DNA from: Thraustochytrium aureum
Taxonomy: Eukaryota
Length of the DNA: 33,284 bases
Direction of reading: 5' to 3'
NCBI GenBank assembly: GCA_012862495.1
Contig: BLSG01000208.1
Span: 240,457 to 273,740 of the forward strand
In this document: positions 9,483 through 20,356 of the stretch, one piece after another
Numbering within the stretch: the first letter of the stretch is position 1
Layout of the letters: each line of letters begins with the position of its first letter
The notes under the pieces: model-generated
The model's database searches: none
Told to the model about the DNA's origin: nothing
The model's input: the letters and a program-made list of their open reading frames with translations, nothing else
Made by a program: the position numbers and the translations under genes

Positions 9483-11022
9483 CTACGCCATCACAATCGG
9501 CACCTCGAAAGGATCGCGCAACTGGCCGGCCTCTGCTGTTCCTCGCCGCTGCACCGGGCCGCGACCCATCGAGTTGTCGGACTCTGACGGCTGACTGCCA
9601 AAGTCGAGTTCGTTCACCGTGCGCTCTTTCGGCTGCAGGTTTTCTGTGATCGAACCGATCACAAGCGCCACGAGACCGAGAGCAATAAATATGGGGATGG
9701 TCAGCGCTGCGCGCGCAGCCGGCGGGGGCGTTATGTCGCCGAGGCCCACCGTTGTGAGCGTCACGACGGAGAAGTAGACGGCGTCCAGGGCGCCCACGGA
9801 GAGAGTAAACGCAGCAATGACGCAAAACACGCCGAAGAACAGCACGAGCGACCCGACTGCAAAGTGCAGCTTGAGGGACTGGCGAGCCATCTTGCCCACC
9901 TTGACGTCCAGCTCGGTGGCCGCGTACGCAAACTCGTCAACGTCAAGCGAACCGTTCTTGTCGTCGTCAAACTCGTCCAGCAGGTACTGGACGTCGTCGT
10001 CGTTGAGGTCGAGCCCAAGGTCGGAAAACCCTGCCTTGAGCTCCGCGCGGTCGAGACTGCCCGACCCGTCAGCGTCGTACTTGCGCAGGACGGCACGAAA
10101 CTCGTGGCTTTGCTTCAGAATCAGCTTCATTGCCAAGTTGCTGAGAAAGTCGGCCAGCCGCGTGTAGGTCACGATCGCGACGGGGAGCATCGAGAGAACC
10201 AGCGCCATCGTGAGCCATTTCCCCGCGGCGGTGGCTGTCACAATCTCGCCGTACCCGATCGTGGTTGCCACCACAAAACTGTAATAGTAGCTCGACATGA
10301 AAGCCTGGGCCGAAAAGGACTCCCATGTCCCGGACTCGGCGTTGTAGCTGACAAAGTTCTCCGTGCCGCGCGTGTCGTCTACGCCAACGTACTCCGCCAA
10401 CCGCTCGTACAACTCGNNNNNNNNNNNNNNNNNNNNNNNNNNNNNNNNNNNNNNNNNNNNNNNNNNNNNNNNNNNNNNNNNNNNNNNNNNNNNNNNNNNN
10501 NNNNNNNNNNNNNNNNNNNNNNNNNNNNNNNNNNNNNNNNNNNNNNNNNNNNNNNNNNNNNNNNNNNNNNNNNNNNNNNNNNNNNNNNNNNNNACTTGGA
10601 ACAGAGCCGCGAAAAGCGAAGAGCGCGGCAACAAACACCAGGATGAGCAGCAGGGTCGCAATCCCTTTGGACCGCACCGTCAAGCAGAATACTTTGGGCT
10701 TGACGAGGCGAACCTTGCGCCGCTGCAAGAGAATACTGCTCCGCCGTTCCTCGCAGACAACCTTGGTCACGGCTGCCGTCTCGGCTCCGGCGCTCGCCCG
10801 CCTGCTCCCGAAAGACTTGACGGACATGTATTCGTCGCTTTCGTCCGAGTCGTAGCCTGACGTTGTTGAGGGGGCGGCCTGGGCCTGGTTGCTGCGTGTT
10901 TCGCCCGGCGACTCGGCGTCGCCGTGCGCGTCCCCTGGCTCAGCTATTGCGGCCTCTTTCTCCGCGCCGCCGTCAGCAAGGTTGGCGCCAGTGAAGGAGC
11001 GGAGCGTGTCCATGAAGCTCAT
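9483..11022 (-). CDS. Two-pore-domain (K2P/TPK-like) potassium channel with two EF-hands between the pore domains; interrupted by gap 10417-10593
   Basis: P1 YYSFVVATTIGYGEI, P2 VYFSVVTLTTVGLGDITP, EF loops DADGSGSLDRAE and DDDKNGSLDVDE. The N-terminus and TM1 come from ORF 10069..11022, upstream of the gap. Confidence 0.9.
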
Positions 11023-11912
11023 CGCTGCCTGCTCTGCCCTCGAGCAGGGGCAGCTTGCGGCCCGCCCGGCTCGGCTCCGGCGCAGAGCGCCGTCGCGAGC
11101 GGCACCGTGTCGTCAGCTGTCTCGCCGCGATCGACGGCGGGCACACGGTCCGCGCGCCAGCAGGCTTTCCTCGCCACGCCAGTAGGCTTTCCTCGCCACG
11201 CCAGAGAGAATTGTCGTCACGATGTGCTCCGGCTCGAGCCCCTTCTTTCTGTTTTCTTTCGCTGGAAATGTGCGAGCGTTGGCTTGTCGCTCGTCGTAGT
11301 TTGCAGTGCTCGCCCATGCTCAAGTGGGTGAGTGAGTACTCGAGCTAGCTAGTACCGGTACCCGTGCCACAGTGCGTGCTCGCGTTTACTCCTTGCTGCT
11401 GCTGTTGGCAGGAGCGGTCAGTAGCTGGCTCCGATGATGGTCGAGCTGGCTCGCGCCGCAGACACGCTAGAGAGAGCCAGCGTCGGGACACAGCGTGTGC
11501 CAAGTACTCTGCTCAACCTTCAAGTGTCCATCGGCAAAGCGCTCTCGGTCGTTTTCCTGCAACGGATGCAGCTGATGCACCGCGGCGATGGAGTTGATTC
11601 TGGCGTGCACTATGCGGGAGTACACAGGTCACTGTACGCCGTACGTGACGGAGATTGGCGCTGCGTTTGACGAGGTGGTACTCGCTGTGACGAAGACGCG
11701 AAGGCGCTTCTGTTGAGCCTTGTGCGTCTCGCGGAGGCCTGGAATGTGTCCGGTGATGAGCTCCTGCGCGGACCTGTCAAATTGGAAAACGTGGCGCCGC
11801 CATCCGACGACCAAGCGCCAGTCAAAGTCGCGCGGCCCACGCGAGACGTCAACGCGACGCACGAGGTGCGGCGGCTGCGACTGGAAAGACGGGCCTTCGA
11901 GTCGCTACTGGG

Positions 11913-11936
11913 CGTCTGTCTGTCTGTCTGTCTGTC
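11913..11936. repeat. (GTCT)n microsatellite upstream of the BART gene
   Basis: gtctgtctgtctgtctgtctgtc. Confidence 0.9.
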
Positions 11937-12041
11937 CGTGCCGCGAACCGAACGCAACGCTCGCGGGTCGTTGTCGCGCACTTTCGCGCAAGTGAGCGAC
12001 TCGACGGGACAGGCTGAGGCGCGGGCAGCGCGTGGGCCGGG

Positions 12042-14051
12042 ATGGGTGACGCTCTCGTGGATGGCGAGTACGAGGAGCCGTACGTGCGGATCCTGCGAGA
12101 ATTCCTCCAGGGCAAGGAGTGGATGCAGAATATGACTCTGTTCTTGAACAGTCACAGCAAGCATTTCGTGAGCCTTTGCGCTGGCGGAGACGGGCGAAGA
12201 GGAGCAGAGTCTAAAATGCTAGAGCACAAGCTCGGCGAGTTTCATCATGCGCAATTCGACATGTTCATCACATTCCAAGAGTGGGCAGACCAAGTCCTGC
12301 GCAACCAACTCGAGCAGCTTGGCATCGACGAGGTCGAGTTTGCCGCCATGCTGGAGCGCAAGATTGGCGACCCCAAGACGAGCGCTGGGCTGCGCGAGCA
12401 AATCGCGACGCTGCTTGACGTAATTGACTCGATGGGCAGCTTCTCCAACTTTGCCCGGCTCATGCACTCGAGCTTTGACCGCATGGTTCGCACGGACGCC
12501 GAAGAGACAGCTATTCTGCAGACCCGCCTCGACATGAAGGAGTGGGACCTCCAGGTCGCGGTTGCAACCTCGCTCGTCGAGGGGCAGTATGGGGGCATCG
12601 TGCTCTCCGAGCGCGACACGGAGCTCTTGCCATGGGCGCGCTCAGTGCTTGCACTTCAGGGCGTGCTGGAACGCGCTGGCGCGCCCGGCAGCGACCCGCA
12701 ACACGAAGAAGATGAGATTCACCGCCTCTCCCAGCAGCTCATGTACGAGCGCCTCAAGGTGGAGTACATCGTTGCAGAGCGCCTGCAGGCAGACTCGGAC
12801 TCGCTTTCACGCCAGCTCCGCGAAAGGTACCCGCCAGCGGCTGTGGCCGCCGAGAGCAGCGACCAAAGTGCGGAAACGACGCTAAGCCGTCTGCTCGACG
12901 ACAGCGGCAAAACGCAGCTCGCAATCAGCCAGCAGCGCACGCTGATCCGCGGCGACAACGCAATGCTCACCGACAACGAATACGAGCAGGTTTACTTTGC
13001 GGTACGCGACGAGATTCGCGCGCACGGGCCGCAGTGCGACCTCAGTCGCCTCGGCATTGAGCTGCGAGCCAAAATATCGGGCCTGCACTCGCGCAGCCAG
13101 ATCCTGTTCAACTTGAGCGATCTCGTTCGGCTCGAGGACCGTTTGCGACGCATTCACAACGACATCCAGCAAGAGCTGACAGAGCCGGGCACGGTGGTAT
13201 ACATCGCGAGCCCAGCCGAGTTGGTCGGCTGGGGCCCATCAGACAGCGCCGGGGCTCACGGGTCTGCGCAAAGCACAAGCGGAGGCGCCGCAGGCGCAAT
13301 GCGCAACATCTCAACTTTCCTCGAGTCCTCGCAGCAGCCCGCCGGCGCGAACGGAGTTGGAAATGCCGCATTGCAAGAGAGCGCTGCAGCCGCTGCAGCG
13401 ATGAAACAGATGCAAGAGAATCTGCGCGCAATCACGCAGGAACGCGAAGTGGAGCGCATGCGCTTGCAAATGCAAATGCATGCCGCCAACGGGGCCAGTG
13501 CACCCAAGGGGCTCAAAGGCGCCGAAAAGCTGGCTGCGCGAGCGGCCCAGCTGCACGCCATGGGTTTGGCAGAGACCGGCCAGGCGGTCCTGCTACCAGT
13601 AGGCGGACAGGTGGACGACGCCGCGCAGTGGGCCTCGCAAGCAGGCGGTGACCAAGCGATTTATGACAGCGACGTTACAGAGGACGACTACGACAGCGAC
13701 GCCACAGAGGACGGCAACGACGCGGCAGCCGCCGCACCCGCCGCGTCGAAAGGAAGAGGCACCGGGCTGAGAATCCGCGCCAATGAGCCAGAGACCGCCA
13801 GCGACCTGCTCAGGGAGACCGAGCGGCTGCGCAAGCAGTTGTTGCTCCGTGCGACGCCCACCGCGTACGTTGGCAAGAACGGCTTTGTGCAGCTCAACTC
13901 GCCCAAAAGAAATGCGCTCTCGAGTTCGGCTTCACCTAAAACGGCGCTGGAGTACCAGCTCTCGCTGGCGCCAACGCAAGAGCTGACCATCAACCCGACC
14001 AGTTTGAGGTTCTTGGCAGGCAACTTGAACTCTTTCAAGCCACCCGAGTGA
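12042..14051 (+). CDS. ARL2/ARL3-binding BART-domain protein (CFAP36/ARL2BP-like N-terminus) with coiled-coil extension
   Basis: 669-aa ORF. The N-terminal FLQGKEWMQNMTLFLNSHSKHF...EFHHAQFDMFITFQEWADQVLRNQLEQLGIDEVEF...LLDVIDSMGSFSNFARLM follows the BART pattern. Confidence 0.75.
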   Translation: MGDALVDGEYEEPYVRILREFLQGKEWMQNMTLFLNSHSKHFVSLCAGGDGRRGAESKMLEHKLGEFHHAQFDMFITFQEWADQVLRNQLEQLGIDEVEFAAMLERKIGDPKTSAGLREQIATLLDVIDSMGSFSNFARLMHSSFDRMVRTDAEETAILQTRLDMKEWDLQVAVATSLVEGQYGGIVLSERDTELLPWARSVLALQGVLERAGAPGSDPQHEEDEIHRLSQQLMYERLKVEYIVAERLQADSDSLSRQLRERYPPAAVAAESSDQSAETTLSRLLDDSGKTQLAISQQRTLIRGDNAMLTDNEYEQVYFAVRDEIRAHGPQCDLSRLGIELRAKISGLHSRSQILFNLSDLVRLEDRLRRIHNDIQQELTEPGTVVYIASPAELVGWGPSDSAGAHGSAQSTSGGAAGAMRNISTFLESSQQPAGANGVGNAALQESAAAAAAMKQMQENLRAITQEREVERMRLQMQMHAANGASAPKGLKGAEKLAARAAQLHAMGLAETGQAVLLPVGGQVDDAAQWASQAGGDQAIYDSDVTEDDYDSDATEDGNDAAAAAPAASKGRGTGLRIRANEPETASDLLRETERLRKQLLLRATPTAYVGKNGFVQLNSPKRNALSSSASPKTALEYQLSLAPTQELTINPTSLRFLAGNLNSFKPPE

Positions 14052-14065
14052 GCGAGCGAGCCGCC

Positions 14066-14108
14066 GGTGGGTGGCTGGGTGGGTGGCTGGGTGGCTGGCT
14101 GGGTGGTG
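14066..14108. repeat. (GGGT/GGCT)n tetranucleotide repeat
   Basis: ggtgggtggctgggtgggtggctgggtggctggctgggtggt. Confidence 0.8.
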
Positions 14109-14457
14109 GTAATTATGCAAAAGATAAGGCACAACTTGTGGGCTACTACCTACGTTCACGAGTTTGGGGCGTCCAAACCGTCGCCCAGTCAGTCCCTGCA
14201 GGAGAGCTTGTTCCCTTCGATGAGCGCCCGCCGTGTGCTACAGATCGCAAAGAAGGCAACTGAGCGGGCAGCCCTTGTCGATTGCGCCGCTTGTACACCC
14301 GAGTTGGCGCAAATACGGGCGCAGACACGGGCGCAAAAACAAGCTAGCTTGCTGGAGAGCATCGCGTCCTCCATCCCTTGAAGAACTAGAGTGAGCGGAG
14401 TCGCACACGGTGTGGCGGCAGTGGGGCGTCCGCCACGCGCCCCCTGAACTCAGCCAA

Positions 14458-15533
14458 CTACCTGACCCTCTTGATCAGTTTTTGCTGCGACGAATGCGTC
14501 AACTCGCCGCGCTGCAACATGACCTGGATCGCCTTGCGGACAGTAAACTGCGCAAAGCCCTGAAATGTAACAAACTCGTCGACCACCTTGCGCTGCGCCA
14601 CGGCGGAGCCAATCGGAAGCCGGCGCTTGAGGAGCTCCTCGACCTGGTGCACGCGCTGGAGTTCTTCGTGAGAGAGGTTGGAGACGTCGCCCGGCATGGC
14701 GTAGTTGTTGGCAGCGTTGATGGTCGACACTTTGAAGAGCCGAATCGCCTCAGCGACGTGCTCTGGCGTGGCCTCATAGGCGAGCTCCATCTTGGCGAGC
14801 GCCTCGGCGACGCGGACGACGGCTTCCAGCTGGCGGATTGTGATCGGCACCGTGGAGGACCCCGCCTTGGCGGCCGCCTCGCGCGTGAGCCTGCGGTGCT
14901 CCTCGCGGACGCCCACGTAGTGGTTGCGCAAGAGTTCAGCGGCGGGCGCGGAGAGCACGGGGGCGCACTTGGCCCGGCAGTACTTGATATACTTTTTCAT
15001 GAACAGGAGCGGGATGTCCGCCCCATGGTCGTCCAGCGCCGCGGTCTCGGCCGCAAAGTTGCCCGCTGACGTGGAGGCATCTACGTGAACCCCGATGACG
15101 TGGCGCGCGATGCTGCGGTCCTTGACCTCGTCGCGGATGTCGCGGACGATAAAGATAAGGTCGAAGCGCGAGAGGATCGTGGGCAAAAAGTTGATGTTCT
15201 CCGCGGCGGACTTCATGTCGTCGTAGGTGCCAAAGACCGGGTTCGCCGCTGCAAGCACGCTCGAGCGCGAGTTTAGGACGGTGGTGATTCCCGCCTTGGC
15301 CACGGAAATGGTCTGCTGCTCCATGGCCTCGTGGATGGCCACGCGGTCCTGCTCGCGCATCTTGTCAAACTCGTCGATGCAGACCACCCCTCCGTCTGCA
15401 AGCACCATGGCGCCGCCCTCGATGTAAAACTCCCCGTTCGGCCTCTTGATTACGTTTGCAGTAAGTCCCGCGGCCGAAGAGCCCTTGCCTGAGGTGTAGA
15501 CGCCGATGGGGGCGGCCTTCTCCACAAACCTTG
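14458..15533 (-). CDS. MCM5: DNA replication licensing factor MCM5 (C-terminal AAA+ and WH part; 5' half in gap 15534-16319)
   Basis: APIGVYTSGKGSSAAGLTA, GGAMVLADGGVVCIDEFDKMREQDRVAIHEAMEQQTISVAKAGITTVLNSRSSVLAAANP, arginine finger SRFD, and PITIRQLEAVVR (MCM5-type wording). Confidence 0.95.
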
Positions 15534-16521
15534 NNNNNNNNNNNNNNNNNNNNNNNNNNNNNNNNNNNNNNNNNNNNNNNNNNNNNNNNNNNNNNNNNNN
15601 NNNNNNNNNNNNNNNNNNNNNNNNNNNNNNNNNNNNNNNNNNNNNNNNNNNNNNNNNNNNNNNNNNNNNNNNNNNNNNNNNNNNNNNNNNNNNNNNNNNN
15701 NNNNNNNNNNNNNNNNNNNNNNNNNNNNNNNNNNNNNNNNNNNNNNNNNNNNNNNNNNNNNNNNNNNNNNNNNNNNNNNNNNNNNNNNNNNNNNNNNNNN
15801 NNNNNNNNNNNNNNNNNNNNNNNNNNNNNNNNNNNNNNNNNNNNNNNNNNNNNNNNNNNNNNNNNNNNNNNNNNNNNNNNNNNNNNNNNNNNNNNNNNNN
15901 NNNNNNNNNNNNNNNNNNNNNNNNNNNNNNNNNNNNNNNNNNNNNNNNNNNNNNNNNNNNNNNNNNNNNNNNNNNNNNNNNNNNNNNNNNNNNNNNNNNN
16001 NNNNNNNNNNNNNNNNNNNNNNNNNNNNNNNNNNNNNNNNNNNNNNNNNNNNNNNNNNNNNNNNNNNNNNNNNNNNNNNNNNNNNNNNNNNNNNNNNNNN
16101 NNNNNNNNNNNNNNNNNNNNNNNNNNNNNNNNNNNNNNNNNNNNNNNNNNNNNNNNNNNNNNNNNNNNNNNNNNNNNNNNNNNNNNNNNNNNNNNNNNNN
16201 NNNNNNNNNNNNNNNNNNNNNNNNNNNNNNNNNNNNNNNNNNNNNNNNNNNNNNNNNNNNNNNNNNNNNNNNNNNNNNNNNNNNNNNNNNNNNNNNNNNN
16301 NNNNNNNNNNNNNNNNNNNGCGCCCCGCAATTCCAGTCTCCACCGTGGCCTTCCACCTGGCAGATCTCGCCGAAGTTAACATCCCGCAGCGGCGGCCAGA
16401 GCGTGCTCCGCGCGCCGCGGCACTCTGGCACGGCAGCCGCGGTGTCCGCGCGCGCGGCGGAGTGCGCGGCACAGGCGTGTTTCGACGCTCACTCGCGCGC
16501 CAGAGGACGAATCGCGGCGGT

Positions 16522-16529
16522 TTTCGCGC
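16522..16529 (+). promoter_or_regulatory. Candidate E2F site (TTTCGCGC) in the divergent MCM5/Sec61a intergenic region
   Basis: Matches TTTSSCGC, and MCM genes are classical E2F targets. The 8-mer also occurs elsewhere in this GC-rich window. Confidence 0.3.
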
Positions 16530-16852
16530 GACGAGCTCGCGGCGGCGCGGCCCGAGAGGATACTTTCGAGGCCGGTTGGGCGGATGTGCGGCGTGCAGCA
16601 GGTGTCTTGTGCCGTGGACTTTACGGAGTTGTGGGCGCGGCAGTCGCAGAGCGCAGCCGGCGAGCACGCAGCGAGGTACGAACGGGTCGAAGGAAGGCGC
16701 GCGGCAAGGGAGAAGAGGCGGGCGGGTGGCTGGCTGGCTGGCGGGCTGGCGGGCTGCGGACGAGGGGCGACGCGAGACAGAGGCACGGCAGGCGGCGGTT
16801 GGTTGGGTGCACATCAGGCGTCGGGGGCGGGCGCGCGCGCAGGTGAGGCAAG

Positions 16853-18283
16853 ATGGTGCGGTTTCTACACTTGGTGAAGCCGATGATGTTTATCATCCCG
16901 GAGGTGGAGCAGCCGGATCGCAAGGTGCCCTTTCGTGAGAAGGTGCTGTGGACGATCATCACCCTGTTCATCTTCCTCGTGTGCTGCCAGATCCCCCTGT
17001 ACGGCATCTCAACAGGCAAGGGCGGCGATCCGCTGTACTGGGTGCGCGTCATCCTCGCCTCGAACCGCGGCACCCTGATGGAGCTGGGCATCTCGCCCAT
17101 CGTCACCTCGGGCATGGTCATGCAGCTCCTCGCAGGCGTCAAGCTCATCGAAGTGGACCAGTCCGTCAAGGAAGACCGCGCGCTGTTCGGCGGCGCCCAA
17201 AAGCTTTTCGGAATCATCATCACCATCTTCTCCGCCGTGGCATACGTCTTCTCGGGCGCGTACGGCGACGTTGCCGAGATCGGGGCCGGCAACGCCATCC
17301 TGATCATCATGCAGCTCGCGTTCGCCGGCGTCATCGTCATCGTCCTCGACGAACTCTTGCAGAAGGGGTACGGTCTCGGGTCGGGGATCTCGCTCTTCAT
17401 CGCCACCAACATCTGCGAGAGCATCGTCTGGAAGGCCTTCAGCCCGACCACGATCAACACTGGCGCCAAGGCGGCCGAGTTTGAGGGCGCCATCATCGCC
17501 CTCCTGCACCTGCTCATCACCAAGCCCAACAAGCTCAGCGCGCTCAAGGAGGCCTTTTACCGCCAGAACCTCCCCAACCTGGTCAACCTCATGTCTACCG
17601 TGCTCGTGTTTTGCATCGTCATCTACTTTCAGGGCTTCCGCGTGGACATCCCGCTCAAGAGCCACCGCGTGCGCGGCCACACGCAGTCCTACCCGATCAA
17701 GCTCTTCTACACGTCCAACATCCCGATCATCCTGCAGACCGCGATGGTGTCCAACCTCTACTTTGTCTCGCAGCTGCTCTACCGCAAGTTTTCGCACAAC
17801 ATCATTGTTCGCCTGCTCGGACGGTGGGAGTCGGTGCAGGGCGCCCCCGGGCAGAGCCGCCCCGTCGGCGGCCTCGCCTACTACATCTCGCCGCCCGGGA
17901 GCTTTTCCGAGATCATCTCGGACCCCATCCACGCCGTCATCTACTTTGCTTTTATCATCACCGCCTGCGGGCTCTTCTCGCGCACCTGGATCGACATTTC
18001 GGGCTCGTCGCCGCGCGACGTCGCGCGCCAGCTTCGCGACCAGGGCCTCGTCATTGGCGGGTACCGCGAGAGCAGCATGACCTCGGTCCTCAACCGCTAC
18101 ATTCCCACGGCGGCTACCTTTGGTGGCATGTGCATCGGGGTGCTCTCGGTTGTTGCCGACCTCACTGGCGCCATCGGCTCGGGCACGGGGATCCTCCTGG
18201 CCGTCACCATCATCCACCAGTACTGGGAGACCTTCACCAGGGAGACCCTCGGAGCCGGCGGCCTTGGCATGCTCGGCATGTAA
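16853..18283 (+). CDS. SEC61A: Protein transport protein Sec61 subunit alpha (intronless)
   Basis: 476 aa. [77 protein letters not shown] and [13 protein letters not shown] are all present. Very high GC3. Confidence 0.99.
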   Translation: MVRFLHLVKPMMFIIPEVEQPDRKVPFREKVLWTIITLFIFLVCCQIPLYGISTGKGGDPLYWVRVILASNRGTLMELGISPIVTSGMVMQLLAGVKLIEVDQSVKEDRALFGGAQKLFGIIITIFSAVAYVFSGAYGDVAEIGAGNAILIIMQLAFAGVIVIVLDELLQKGYGLGSGISLFIATNICESIVWKAFSPTTINTGAKAAEFEGAIIALLHLLITKPNKLSALKEAFYRQNLPNLVNLMSTVLVFCIVIYFQGFRVDIPLKSHRVRGHTQSYPIKLFYTSNIPIILQTAMVSNLYFVSQLLYRKFSHNIIVRLLGRWESVQGAPGQSRPVGGLAYYISPPGSFSEIISDPIHAVIYFAFIITACGLFSRTWIDISGSSPRDVARQLRDQGLVIGGYRESSMTSVLNRYIPTAATFGGMCIGVLSVVADLTGAIGSGTGILLAVTIIHQYWETFTRETLGAGGLGMLGM

Positions 18284-19106
18284 TTGGCCCTGCCATCGCG
18301 CAGCGCGTGCGTCTGCTGCCTGCTTGTTCGGCCGGCTGGCTTGCTGGCCTGCTCGCACTCTAGCGTGCTGGAGGAACCGCACAGCAAGCCTGCTCGGCCT
18401 GCTGTGAGCACTGCCCGTGAAGCCAAACCGCGCGCTCGCTACGCAGGGTCGCAGCAGCCGGCTGCCGCTGCCCGCGACGGTGCGAATCAACAGACAGATC
18501 GACTGATAAACGCGCGCGTCCAGAGCGCGCCGAGAAGGAAGTAAAAACGCGATTCAGGCCCTATTATAACTCCTTGCTCTCCGTCGTCCCCGACATCCGC
18601 GTCCGCGCGCCGCGGCCAACTTGAGGGCCGGTCGGCAGCAGAAAAAGCCTGAACCGCAGTGTTGTTCTTCTTTTCTCGCGACGTCGCCGACACGACAGAC
18701 GACGAACGGGGCTCTTCTCGCGCGGATGTCACTCGGCGCAAAGAGGTGTGAATGAATGCCAACGAAAGACCCCCTCACACTCGCCTCGGAGTCGCCGCTG
18801 GCGGGTCATGATCGCTCACTTCGAACAAGGCCACACTCACAAGTTCTCCCAACGCACATGAAGAAATCCGCTACTTTGTACTTGCCGAGTTGACACTTGA
18901 ATGCAATCGCTCCTCGTGACTTGCACGGCGCGGCGTCGGCAGAGGCGCTCGCGCCGAGTCGCTTGCGGCGCGCAGTGCTCGCTGACCACGCCGCCTTTGC
19001 GCGCGCGGCAGGGCTCGACTGTCGGCAGCTCGCGAGCGCGCCTTGCGCTCTAGAGACATAGCTTTGCGACAAAACAGAGACTGCAAGTGGGCTGACCTCG
19101 ACGCTC

Positions 19107-19294
19107 ACTGGCTGGCTAGCTGCCGGGCTGGCGGCTGCCTGGTTCCCTGGCTGCCTGGCCGCCTGGCTGGGTGCCTGGTTTTCTGGCTGCCTGGCTGCCT
19201 GGTTTTCTGGCTGCCTGGCTGGCTGCCTGGCTGCCTGGGTTTCTGGCTGCCTGGCGGCTTGTGGCTGCCTGGCTCTAGCTGGCTGGCTGGCCTG
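19107..19294. repeat. Compound (CTGG/CTGC)n repeat array upstream of the gene at 19335
   Basis: About 190 bp of ctggctgcctgg(ttttctgg) units. Confidence 0.85.
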
Positions 19295-19334
19295 GAGAGC
19301 TGGGCGGCCCGATTGGACTCGGGTGCGCAGCTCG

Positions 19335-20252
19335 ATGTTTTCGCTTTTCGAGCACGAGCGGCGCGAAAAGCAGCGCCAGATGGACCTGGCGAAGGAGCTC
19401 GACGCGCACGAAAAAGACGCGCGGGTGTTTGACGCCTATGGTGTCCGCGAACAAGTGCTCGTTGCGCGAAGCAGGGCCCGGGCGCAAACCCCGACGGACG
19501 CGGTGCGCGATCACGCAAGCCCCGAGAGACAGACGCGGTGCGCGTGGCCAGATAGCTGGGAGCTCCGACGTGAAAACAAAGAGCACCACCTGGCAAACGC
19601 GTTTCTCTCGACGAATGTTGAGGACATGCCCCGCGCTGCGTACGGCGGCGGCGGCCTCCTCGACGAGGCGCGAACCGAGACGCTCGCTGCGACGAAGAAG
19701 CGCGTACAGGCGCGCAAGCTAGGCGGCAAAGTGTCGCGCTTGCGGCAGCCGCCCTTCGACGGCCGGCCACACCAGTTTCGCGATCGCGTGGCGGACAAGC
19801 ACCTCCACGGGGAATTTCTCATCTCAACCGCGCAGGGAAGGCCCGACCCGCTAGCGCGCCCGCCGGCGCACGAAGACCCTCTTCGCCGGCATTGGCCGTT
19901 CCACCGGGACCCTGACGCCCGACCGCCGGCGCAAATGCTCGCTGGCGTCGACTTTCTCTGCTGGACCAAGGGCGACCTACTCCGCCCTTCGACGGCGGAG
20001 CTCGGCCTCTTTCGCGAGCCGTTCTCGGACCCCAAGCTCAACCCCCTGGGGCGCCAGCGGGACAAGCGCCGCGAAAAGGACGCGCCATTCCGAAGCATGT
20101 TTCCTCCGCGCGTCGTCGGCAACGCCGAGGCGGAGGAGGCACCCCGGCCGAGGACTGCTCCGGCGCCTGGTCCGCTCCGTGCGCATGCGCGCTCAGGACA
20201 CCGGCAGCCTGGAGCTCGGCAACTAGTAGGTAGCATGCGATGGGGAAGGTAG
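19335..20252 (+). CDS. Hypothetical protein (~305 aa), Arg/Pro-rich
   Basis: Long ORF with coding-like codon bias, first ATG at 19335, convergent with Rrp6. No recognised domain. Confidence 0.65.
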   Translation: MFSLFEHERREKQRQMDLAKELDAHEKDARVFDAYGVREQVLVARSRARAQTPTDAVRDHASPERQTRCAWPDSWELRRENKEHHLANAFLSTNVEDMPRAAYGGGGLLDEARTETLAATKKRVQARKLGGKVSRLRQPPFDGRPHQFRDRVADKHLHGEFLISTAQGRPDPLARPPAHEDPLRRHWPFHRDPDARPPAQMLAGVDFLCWTKGDLLRPSTAELGLFREPFSDPKLNPLGRQRDKRREKDAPFRSMFPPRVVGNAEAEEAPRPRTAPAPGPLRAHARSGHRQPGARQLVGSMRWGR

Positions 20253-20356
20253 TAGAGACAACAGCAATTGAAAGTCGCGCAAGTCGATGGATTTCACTCT
20301 CTCTAGAGAGCAGCCGCGGGACCAGACCGCGCGTCGCAAGCGCCCGTGTGCGCGCG

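Noticed and set aside
11434..11990. Short ORFs between the K+ channel and BART genes
   Set aside because: No motif, weak codon bias and inconsistent frames; treated as divergent promoter or intergenic DNA.
14048..14381. Possible extra BART exon via GTGAGC donor at 14048, or a C/D snoRNA (GATGA...CTGA at 14219-14263)
   Set aside because: No good branch point or acceptor; the C/D spacing is too short and there is no terminal stem.
15450..16938. Long ORFs spanning the N-gap and the MCM5/Sec61 intergenic region
   Set aside because: Artefacts of Ns and high GC; the translation has no MCM N-terminal features.
17009..18490. 493-aa antisense ORF over Sec61a, and similar shadow ORFs over other genes (e.g. 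2623..3870, 4572..5306, 20589..21569)
   Set aside because: Expected stop-poor antisense or alternative frames of high-GC3 genes; no recognisable protein features.
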